This document shows, piece after piece, positions 1 through 9,552 of a stretch of DNA of 17,052 bases. The notes under the pieces are model-generated. The model did not search any database. It saw only the letters and a list, made by a program, of their open reading frames with translations, and was not told where the DNA came from. How positions within the stretch are numbered: position 1 is the first letter of the stretch; every line of letters starts with the position of its first letter. A program made the translations under genes and the position numbers. Source of the stretch: Azolla caroliniana (taxonomy: Eukaryota; Plantae; Polypodiophyta); contig JBHGNT010000710.1 in the NCBI GenBank assembly GCA_043228905.1, positions 1-17,052 of the forward strand, written 5' to 3'.

Positions 1-98
1 GCGACCCTGTAGGTTTTTGATATTATATAAAAATTAAGATAAAGTATGTGTCTACAACATATTATAAAATTGTGCCTATCTATAGTATAAATATTTTT

Positions 99-362
99 TT
101 GGTACCTTCAGATTATAACTTGTTTCGGTCTCAAAAAATTTGGGAGGAAAATCTTTACTCCAAATCAGGATGTAAAATATTACTTGGACCAGCAAATATC
201 AGAAGTTTTATGGGCGTGTAATTAATCTATTCCCCGAAAGAAAGCAAAAGGTATTGGATCAAAATGGACAATAAATAATTTAATAAAATATTTATACACT
301 AACGAAAATCGTGTTTTATTATTACCAAAACAAAACTAAATGACTTTCCAAACGACCCGATA
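99..362 (+). mobile_element. Mariner transposon remnant: 3' end of transposase pseudogene plus right terminal inverted repeat and TA
   Basis: From position 99 it translates LVPSDYNLFRS (mariner DLAPSDYHLFRS motif). Further on it reads PERKQKVLDQNGQ*II* (mariner C-terminus LPERWQKV..NG.Y). It ends in aaaactaaatgactttccaaacgacccga (332-360) followed by TA. Frameshifts and stops are present. Confidence 0.88.
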
Positions 363-3019
363 GTTAGAATTGACGAGGACACAAATTGGACCCATAAAAA
401 ATAGCTGACGCTCAATCTCAATTTCGGCTAGACAGAAAATTAAAAATCTATACACAGGGTTCACAAATTATATCCATATAGTTTTTGTTTAATGCATACA
501 GGGTCACAACACGAAAAAACATTAAATGCTTCCCCAATTGGGTAATACAGTATTTATCCCAAGTAAAGTAAATTTTTAATATCCGTTTAAATACCTGCTT
601 TACATAAATTTTGCCAGTGGTGTATACGGGCTTAGTCTATGTAATTAACATACATATGAAGACATGGGGCGAGCGTTAGTTTAATCGATTTACCTATTTT
701 AAACACACGCTTGGATTATGTGTCTTTGAAGTCAAGTGCTGCTTTTACATACGCGTAAGGGATGAAAAGTATCAGTACAAAGGGGGGATTTGAGCTCACA
801 ATTAAATAGCTTTATAATTTATTAGATTGGTTTCTAAGTTAGAAACGAGCTAGTGAAGTTTTAAAATGATTTAAGATTTAGTTCCACATAAATAAAAACA
901 TAGTAAGATGAGGCTGTTAAACAAATCGAGAGAACATTGTGCAAAACATGTTTAATGATGCCGGGTAAGAAGCTAAAGCAGTAGGTAATTTTACCCTAAG
1001 TTTTTAAGATTACTCCAAATCATTTAAATACATTTTTTTAACATGGTGTAAATATTTCTAAACCTACTGTTTGTTCTTCTTTTTGTACCTTCTCTATATA
1101 TAAATGTAATTGATTTTCCTCTTGGACTTCTGCCTAGGCCCCCATCTTTACATTCATATTACTTCTGTCCTCTATTGTTTCTTCTATAAGTCTATATAGG
1201 CTCGAGACTAGTTGGTCGATATATACGTGTGGTTTAATTTTTAGTTGCCTAAATAATTTCTAATTTTTTCTGATTTAGCGCTTAGAATTCGAACACTATG
1301 TGGTAGGTTTTTATAGCAGTTTAAGTAGTTTTTCCTTCAGTTCTTTCAATGGATTCTTTATAAAGCTTTTTCCAACCTACTCATTCTGGACCAGTATTCT
1401 GCATGTTTATTCGAACCCACTCCTCTCGGTAATTTAATTTAATTTAATTGTCGGTAAAGTGTTATTGCCAAATCTGCAAAAATTGACACAGAATGTTAAA
1501 GACCAAGTTCTACCTAAAACTGTCGTAATTTTGTATATGGTATATATGAAGAAACAAGCTTTTAGTTGGATGAAGCTGTGAAAGAGAATGCTTTATAGAT
1601 AGAGAAAAAAAAGTGAATCAAAGGTACTAAAAAAGTAAAGGTAGTCTTGGTATCATTCTAGACTCATTTACTGTTAGATGAATTGTAGTAAACTATGAAG
1701 AATGATCGTCGCTACAGTATTGTAAAGGGAAAGAGATCGTAGCCAGTAAAAATAGTATTGCCTTTAATATTAAATGAATGCGTTTAAAAATAGTGCAGTT
1801 AATATCAAATATATTGATAGAATATGCTACTTAACTTAATTACTTATTCCCCAAAGAGCGATAAACATCGAACTAGGTCTCGTCAATTTGCAATAACAAT
1901 TTACATCATTTTTGCATATAGTTTTTTTTAAACGTCATCTGATGTAACATGCTTAAGAAGTTATAAAAGTATTTAAAAATAAAATAAAATTAAAAGATAA
2001 GTTTTAATTTATATACCAAAAATAAAATGTGTACGTCCATAACTGTTTCACTGTGTTTATAATAGCGCTTCTTCCCTTATTATAGAGTACATACTTTCTG
2101 GTCCCTAGGGGGTGTTTTATAGCCGGAGTTCATTGTACAAGGATTGCTTGCCATTTAATGCGAGCGAAATAAATTAACGAAACCATTTTAAGCGAAAGAA
2201 ACATTACTCAACGTCAATTACATTAGTTCTTCTTTACCATCGGAATCTTCTAGAAACGACAATAGATGTCGCGTCATTGCCTGGTTTCTGTATTAGCGAA
2301 TTACTTTCGAGCACAAGTTCGCAGGCTCACTTAGCCGTAAATTGCGGTTCAGATACAAATCGTTTGTCACCGACGTCCCCGCGTCTCCGAAGAGACGGAT
2401 GGGGTCGATAGCAAGGCGCTTCGCTTAAAGAAGAGCCTTAACGACAAACGGATTGATTATTTGCTAAGGGGGCGTGCGGATTTCTCGGATTAGGGAGCAG
2501 GAGGAATGGGTTGGGGATTAGGCATAATTAATTTTAAGGCGGTGTGAAACTGTTTGCATACTATCGATATTATTTTTGTTTTCAATGGATATTTACGTGT
2601 AATATTATATCAGGTCTAGTAATAATTAATGCCCTTTTTTAAAATGTGTTTAAAGTCTTGCTTGGCGCGAACTTGTATTGATATATCCTACAAACACTTT
2701 GTATCTAAGGAACGTGTGAGGTGCAATTAACAAGATTCGCTTAAAAAAGTTTGTGTTTTGGAAAACTCTTGGAAACTGTTATATAAATTACAAATATGTA
2801 ATACATATATATTAAAAAAAATATTCCTTATTAAAATACATAAAATTTAATTCAATGCAAAAATAAATCAACTGTTATGAGTTTTGTTTTTGCAAAATTT
2901 CACTTGTACAAAATCAGCACAGTATTTAGTGCGGATGTAGGCCTCCCTTCATTTGCTTATTATTACGTTGTAACCCGTCCATACATACATAAATGAATTT
3001 TGTACAAAAAAAGTCAATT

Positions 3020-3892
3020 ATCTCTCGATAACAAAGATATGAGAAATTATTTTTGAAAAAAAGTGCAATTGACTTGGCTATCTTTTAAACAGAAAGAGCA
3101 AGCGCCTTGATTTTTGCGCCAATAAATTCGCCGTGAAAATGCTTTAAATTTCAATACAAACAAGTTGAGTTAATACAATTAGAAGTGCGTTAAATTTCGC
3201 TTAAAGTGAGCGCCAAGAAAAAGTCGTTAAAAACTGGCAAATGGCAACGCTATCGCGTGAACTAAAAGAGCTTTGATAAAAAATACATGAAATTTTACTA
3301 CACTTAAATTGCTCTAGCTCCATTGGAAGTGCTTTAAATTCAATTTAAAGTTGGAACCAACGAAAAACCCATTTTTCTCGAAAAAGTTGATTTTTGACGG
3401 CTTATCACTCTCGAGCCCTAAACCGTAGAGCTTTAAAAAATACTCTGAAAGACTCTACGTGAAAAGATCTACAAAACAAATAAAAATTAATGCTCTAGCT
3501 TAATTAGAAAGGGGTAAAAAAAATTGTCAAAGTGGACGAATTGTTGCCTACAAACAATCCCCCTTCTGTAAAAAAAAAATCAAAAATATTTGTTTCAAAA
3601 GGCCTCGATATTGTGGCTACAAATAGTAGGGGATGGCCTTAGTTTTCAATTAAAATTTTTGGGCTTTACCTCTATCGACAAGAAAGATATAAGGGTTTAA
3701 TTTTTTTTTAAACATGCATTTCGAACAGCTCTCTTGAGAACGGTCAGAGATAGCGCATTGATTTTGCGCCAGTCGACTCAGCGTAAAAAATACGTAAATT
3801 TTCACTAAACTTAAGTTGCTTTAGTTTCATTAAAAATGCCTTAAATTCAAGTTAAAGTTGGAGCCAACAAAAAACATATTTTTTCGAAAAAG
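3020..3892. repeat. Degenerate internally repeated block, probably a non-autonomous DNA transposon or Helitron remnant
   Basis: Sub-blocks recur. tctctcgataacaaagatat (3021) pairs with tctatcgacaagaaagatat (3671), and gcgccttgatttttgcgcc (3102) with gcgcattgattttgcgcc (3753). ttaaattcaatttaaagttggaaccaa (~3334) pairs with ttaaattcaagttaaagttggagccaa (3841). No coding signal was seen. Confidence 0.6.
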
Positions 3893-3916
3893 ATGATATA
3901 TATTTATATATTTTTA

Positions 3917-4062
3917 ATTTTTAATGTTCCCGCTCAAGTATGAACCGTCTGTGTGTCTGTGACAAATTTCGTCCGATTATGGAAGCTTCGCTAGATGTCG
4001 TCGGGTTCGCCTTGATTTCTATTGTTTAATGGTAGATGGCGCGTCAGACCAATTGTTAACTA
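3917..4062 (+). repeat. Copy A of the hammerhead-bearing dispersed repeat (5' part only, no ribozyme)
   Basis: It aligns to the reverse complement of ~6940-7097 through caagtatgaa, gtgacaaatttcgtccg, gctagat, ttgatttcta and ttaatggtagatggcgcgtcagaccaatt. It is truncated against the mariner fragment. Confidence 0.85.
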
Positions 4063-4500
4063 ATTTACCCTCTCAACAATCTTACGAGTTGTTATTTCGC
4101 GGTTTGCATCTATCAATGCGTTTATTTTGTCTTCATCGATTTTAAAGGGTCTTCCAGTACGTGGAGCATCTTCAACACCGAAATTGTTGGAACGAAATTT
4201 TGTAAACCAATTTTTGCATTGTCGATCAGTTAATACTGCTTTGCTTGAACTGCATTTTTAGCTTTTCGATAGTAAAAGAGAAAAAAATGCCAAAAATGCT
4301 CCTTTTGATTTTTCGTCTTCGATAGAGCACCAAACAAAAACTATTGCAATGAATGAAACAAAAATTTTAACAAAAAAGCGTTACTATATCAGCTGTTAAA
4401 ATATATCATGATTATGCGGCTTAGGTGTGAAGTCGAGTGTAAAAATACAATTAGGTCATTTGTCGAGAAAAAAACCAAATGACTTTTCGAACAACCCATT
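4061..4500 (-). mobile_element. Mariner transposon remnant (mellifera-subfamily-like): left TIR, 5' UTR and N-terminal transposase pseudogene
   Basis: The minus strand from 4316 (start codon decayed to ACG) reads KNQKEHFWHFFLFYYRKAKNAVQA, then after a deletion AVLTDRQCKNWFTKFRSNNFGVEDAPRTGRPFKIDEDKINALIDANREITTRKIVERVN. This resembles the mariner N-terminus MENQKEHFRHILLFYFRKGKNA...RQCQNWF.KFRSG...RSGRP. The TIR at 4471-4499 matches the TIR at 332-360 at 23 of 29 positions. Confidence 0.9.
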
Positions 4501-5679
4501 AAGTAGACTAAAATGATAATTTAAAAACCATTCACCATAGAAAAAAGTCTTAATTTTTATTAGGGGCAAAATAAATTGGTATCATTAATTTTCATCATTT
4601 CTTTCAGGAAGCGGAACTAGCAATTATGATCAGCGACCTCGGGTCGAGTCAAAGTTCTCGTCTACACGGTACCGTTCTCTAAACACCATGCCATCGAGTG
4701 TTTATTGCGAACTAGTAAAGAGAACAAAGCCTTATAAGGTTACGTAGAAGCGCAACGATGCGAGGCGCCTGTATTCCGACATCATAATTAGCAATGGTCG
4801 GTAATGAACGTGATGCTAAAACGGCAATTGCCAATAACTAGCCACGATGCTTCGGGGTTTGCCGCTTGACCGCTTTACGATGTTGCCGGAACATTATTTA
4901 CCCTGTGATTTTGTTACGAATTAGTAAATAGATATTATCTTGTTTCGTGCATTTGGAAATGGTTTCCTTAGAATTTATTGCGTTGGTTTCATAAAATAAT
5001 ATTAACATAATAATAAACAATTACATTAATATTTTCCCAACACCTTTGTTATTTGATCAATATCCTCAATATTTTTTTTATTATTTTTTAATGTTGAAAT
5101 AAATAATAGCACTTACATTTTCAAAACATACAAATATTTTTAAACCCTTGAAATACATACTACAAACAATTTATCTAAATTTAAAGACAGGGTAGTCTAA
5201 TTGATTTAGGTAGAACTTTTATTCTACGTGTTTCAGCTATATACTTTTTTGGTCATGACCCACAGGATAAACTATATACCCCTGACTGGTACTTTTTATC
5301 CGTCTTATCTTCACAATTTTTAATAAAACGGACTAAAGTGTTAGCGGTTTTAATTCAAGGTTTTTTTTTAAGAAAGAAATGTTAAGACTAGGCACACCTA
5401 TATAAGAGATTTGAAAGACTTAGTATCTTTTGGTAAAGGGTCTACTAAGTTTATGGCTTGTTAATACATTTAATTTTATACAGTTTTGTAGAAACCCAAA
5501 CCTATATTTGAGAGATTTTATCCTAACGACATCTTACTACTGGTTTCAGCATTATTTATTGGGAACAATATACAAAAAATTGCACTTTTACAGGTCAAAA
5601 AAAGAAAAGTAAACCGATAATATTCCAAAACCAAACACTCATCTTAAAAAGCAATATCGACTTAAAGTAGTTTATAATA

Positions 5680-6855
5680 CACTCATAGTATAATAAAAGA
5701 TTCAACATACATATATTCCTTACATTTTACAATGACATTTTGACAATATAGCAGCACTGAGTATCAAAGGCGCAAGAATCTATTACTGCATACTATTAAA
5801 ATCAGATACAAAATACTCCTTAAAGTTGTAGAAAGCATTTGTTATTAAATACTATATTTTATTTTTAAACGGTATGACATCCAAGTTTCGGATTGTTAGA
5901 GGCAATGCATCCAAAAACTTTATACCTACTTTATAAATATTGAGTGCTATTTCTGGTTCTGTTAAGTCTCCTAAAGTCCAGGATTAAATTTTAGGTTTTT
6001 CTTATGGGATAATCATGGCGTCTTTTACAAGTTTGATAAAGATGAAGGTTTTGCTTCACAAACAGCAGACATTGTAAAATGTAGATGGAAGGAAGGGTCA
6101 AGATCCTCAATTATTTAAAATTTTGTCGACAATCCGATCTATAATGCGAATGCATTTGCGTTGTAATACAAATAGTTTTTTTGTGTGGCAAGAATAATCC
6201 CAGATTAACACGGCGTATTATACATAAGAGTAGAAGTAGCCATAATATACTGTTAGAACGGTATTACGGGAAGTAATCTTTACAAGATTCCTTATTAAAT
6301 AGAAGTAACCAGACAACGGATATACTCACAATATGACCCTCCCAAGTCAAACCTAGATTCAGGTATGCTCCCAAAAATTTAACTTCGGTGTAACAACCAA
6401 CCAGAATGGGATGATTCAGTTTTTCTCAGTAAAAAGTTCTTTTTTGAGATTTAGAGTGATTAAGGGAAAGTCTATTTGCAAGAAACCACTGCTGTAAGTT
6501 TATTTCAGTTTCCACCAATGTTTTCGTTCTGAAACATAGGATTTCACCAGGGTAACAATTTTATCATTAAAATAATAAAACTTCACCTTTTCAAAGAAAA
6601 TCTCATGTGTGACACAGTCAGTGGTAAGGTCTAAAAATGAGGCATAGGAGTCTAAAAAAAATTCAAATCCATCCAAGATACCCTCAGTTTAAACAGTTTA
6701 TTGCTAGACTAGTGAATTTATTTTGCCCAAAGCCAAATTGGCTAATTGTAAATAAATTATTGGCCTCAAAGTGTTGACTTATTTGATTCTTTAAAATGCG
6801 CTCAAAAGTCATAGATAGAACTGGCAGAAGCGATATCGGGCGAAAATTGTTGTAG
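5680..6855 (-). mobile_element. Decayed, 5'-truncated non-LTR retrotransposon (CR1/L2 group), ORF2 reverse transcriptase and C-terminus
   Basis: Minus-strand motifs occur in the expected order: NFRPISLLPVLS..FERI, QFGF, FLDLT.DCVTHEI, WFLANRLSLN, KFLGAYLNLGLTWEGHI, VYYGYFYS..YAVLIW, LFVLQRKCIRII, ILTLPSIYI, GIKFLDALP and FYNFKEY. It has many stops and frameshifts, and the central RT motifs are deleted. The 3' boundary is approximate. Confidence 0.9.
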
Positions 6856-7097
6856 TCAGTTCTCATCGGGCAAGCTAGTCGAAGGATGAATATCTCTCAA
6901 AAGTTCCCATACTTAACCATTATTTGTTGGTATTAAACAGTTTAAAATTGGTCTGACGCGCCATCTACCATTAACGGTAGAAATCAATGCGAGACAGATC
7001 TAGCGGCAGTTCCGAAGTCGGACGAAATGTGTCACGTCCGAAACGTGTTAAAAACACGGGAGATGTTGCGCTTCATACTTGCGCCTGAATATTAAAA
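6855..7097 (-). repeat. Copy B of the hammerhead-bearing dispersed repeat (longest 5' part; ribozyme cut off within stem II)
   Basis: The minus strand reads ...ggtagatggcgcgtcagaccaattttaaactgtttaataccaacaaataatggttaagtatgggaac...ctagcttgc CCGATGA GAACTGAC and then joins LINE sequence directly. It is homologous to copies A, C and D. Confidence 0.88.
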
Positions 7098-8452
7098 AAA
7101 TATTTTTTCAAGTCTTTTTATTTCTTAAAGGTAGTACATTTGTTGCCACAATCAAAACGCTATATTCTTCAGGTTATTATGATTAAAGATATTTTATTAA
7201 CATATATACTGGTCTAAAAGCACGTTTTAACTTTAAGGCAGGCCTGTAAAGGGTCTTCTGTCGGTCTGCCGTCCGCTTCATTCGGGCTTTAGATAATAAG
7301 CAACATCGACATGGAGGAATTACCAAACATCCTATAACTAGTGCCACTGCAGTGCTGTTAACTCAAGTAAAATGATATATAACTTTAATTATATTTTTGG
7401 TGGCGTTTAACCCGCATGCGGTCATCAGTTATCACGCCGATAATCTAATTAGTCGATCATTATAATAAAGAAAGTTCAAGCAATATGAGACGACACGCGC
7501 CCTCTACCGGTAGTAGTAGAATTTAAAAGTGCTAACGCACCAACTCCAAAAGTCCAATCTAAATCTAAACAGTTTGCAAACACTTAAAATGCCGTGTTCC
7601 ATACTTGAACAAGAAAGTTCAAATATAAAGGTTTGGTAAACCAAACGTATATTTTAAAGATTTTATCCTTAAACACCGCTATTATCTTTGGCAAAATTTT
7701 CCACAGAAATATGGTTATTATTAAACCAAAACTGTTTATTAGTACTAAACAATCCTTAATTCAAATCGTGAAATAACATTTTAAAATGTTTAATATACTT
7801 TACAGATATTTATTTAATGATTATAAAGTCAATTTTTCTAATTTCATGCAACTTTCTTCAATTTATTTAATGCACTTGGTTATAGCCAAATTATTACAGC
7901 AATTTAAAATAAAGTCCATAAAAACAAACATTTTATGACATCCATAAAACGCCAATGATACTATCGCAATAACTCGAAAAAATAATTTGTTAATGTGTTT
8001 TGTGAAACATTGGCGATCCAATTAGTTTCTTTGATATGCATGCCAATTTTTATTGTCTGTAAAATTAAAATTATTTTTAGAGAATTATGAAATCTCAAAA
8101 TTTTGGACCAGTTTAAATATTTGTTTTCCAAATAGTAACCAATTAATAACGGTTTCGAAAATGGGCATAATTATATTAATAAATTAACATTAAATATAAT
8201 TATTAATTAATGTAATTTATAAATAAATCAATTAAAGTATCATATCCTCGTAATAACACTAACGATTGATTTAATATTTCATTAAAATAATTATTTTAGA
8301 AATACACTTTGAATTTACAACGTTTAAAGTTTAGAAAAGGGAAAAGAGGTTAACTCAAATAGAAAAATTAAAAATCGTATTGGTGTACTTAAGAATGCCA
8401 CAAATTGCATGCAATAATAATACCTAGCGGATAGTACAAAGTATGCACACAT

Positions 8453-8585
8453 TTTCAAATTATGTCGATTCTCATCAGGCCAACTAGCCGAAGAATCTCT
8501 TAACCAATATTTGTTGGCATCAAACTGTTAAAAATTGGTCTGACGCGCCATCACCACTAACGGTGGAAATCAAGGCGAGACAGAA
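8453..8585 (-). repeat. Copy C of the hammerhead-bearing dispersed repeat (degenerate ribozyme)
   Basis: The minus strand reads gtctcgccttgatttccaccgttagtggtgatggcgcgtcagaccaatt...aatattggttaag...ggc CTGATGA GAATCGACATAATTT GAAA. Homology is lost after GAAA. Confidence 0.85.
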
Positions 8586-9163
8586 ATCTTCCTTGCTTAA
8601 TTTTCCAGTTTCTTAAAACCTCAGAGAATAATTATCATTTTAATAAATCCACTTTTACAGCCGTATAAACGTATATTACTTTAAAATAGAGTTAGAAGAT
8701 TAGATTAGGTTCTACATTTATTGGATTGAACGCTGTCGCATTCCAAATCCACCAAAACAAACGAGCCGGGAAACAAAGATCTTTTTAACGAAAGGGCATT
8801 CAGTACCTATTAATAATCGAGTATTTTAGTAATTTTTATTTCATTGGGTAGTTACTTGGGGGCTTTTTAATTTAAAAGCATTTAAGCCTATTATTATAGA
8901 AACATGTTTAAAATTGTCAGAAAGACATTCTACCATAACCAGTTATAAAGTCTTTATAAATTCATTTTAATATCCTCAAAGTAAAGACAATTTTAATAAA
9001 TGTATACCTAAGCACCGCACGGTTTCTTTGTTAAAAGCAATTAAACAATTTCCTCAACGACAATACAAAGAACAAAACAATTCGTAATTGGCGTGGTTCT
9101 TCTTTTTTTATATAGATTTAATCGTGACTTGCAAATTACGATGGTAATTTTTCAACCACTTAC

Positions 9164-9227
9164 CATGACGTAGTGCCGTTGCATTTCGGTTTTTTCACTA
9201 GCTAATTTTTCACATTCCAGCTTTAAC
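9164..9227 (-). CDS. gro: Internal coding exon of groucho/TLE transcriptional co-repressor (N-terminal Q domain)
   Basis: The minus strand reads ttctttttgtttgcAG|G TTA AAG CTG GAA TGT GAA AAA TTA GCT AGT GAA AAA ACC GAA ATG CAA CGG CAC TAC GTC ATG|GTAAGT. This gives a polypyrimidine tract with AG acceptor, a GTAAGT donor and 64 nt (1 nt + 21 codons). The peptide [21 protein letters not shown] matches the Groucho/TLE Q domain. Neighbouring exons were not found in the window. Confidence 0.93.
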
Positions 9228-9344
9228 CTGCAAACAAAAAGAACAATTATTATAATTTTTTCAGTTCAAACAAAAAAGCCTTGACAATTATTTTTAAGTT
9301 GTTCTATCAAATAGTACAGTGTCAAAAAAGTATGGAATCACCTT

Positions 9345-9552
9345 GTGATTTATACCGTTAATGGTAGATGGCGTGTCGGACTATTTTTGATAGTCTAATG
9401 CCAAGAAATATTGGTTAAGTATGGGAATTTTTAAGATATATCCATTCTTTGACAAGCTAGCTTGGTGAGAACTGACATTAGTTGGAAACCGGTAGTAAGA
9501 TGTGGTTAGAATGAAATCTCTTAAATATAGGTTTTGTTTTTTACCAAAATTT
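9345..9552 (+). repeat. Copy D of the hammerhead-bearing dispersed repeat (complete but mutated ribozyme and 3' tail)
   Basis: It reads ccgttaatggtagatggcgtgtcggac...ttggttaagtatgggaa...gc TTGGTGA GAACTG ACAT TAGTTG GAAA CCGG TA GTAAG. The tail atgaaatctc...ttttaccaa is shared with copy E. Confidence 0.85.
9456..9499 (+). ncRNA. Degenerate minimal type I hammerhead ribozyme motif
   Basis: It has TTGGTGA (two changes from CTGATGA), stem II GAACTG/ACAT/TAGTTG, GAAA, a palindromic ACCGGT helix III, a GUA triplet and a GTAAG 3' arm. It is probably inactive. Confidence 0.6.

Noticed and set aside
1040-1430. Purine-rich minus-strand stretch resembling a decayed LINE endonuclease (YRLIEETIED..VKMG)
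   Set aside because: The diagnostic motifs (GDFNA, VYAP) cannot be recovered. It would need a profile HMM search.
5430-5612. Short ORFs at 5430, 10402, 11805, 11830, 13188 and 14099
   Set aside because: They have no recognisable domains, an F/I/L/K-biased composition typical of AT-rich non-coding DNA, and no convincing splice context.
7400-7440. CTGATGA followed by the palindrome CCGCATGCGG on the minus strand, a possible further hammerhead
   Set aside because: It is followed by GTTAAAC rather than GAAA, has no convincing stems I and III, and shows no homology to the repeat family.
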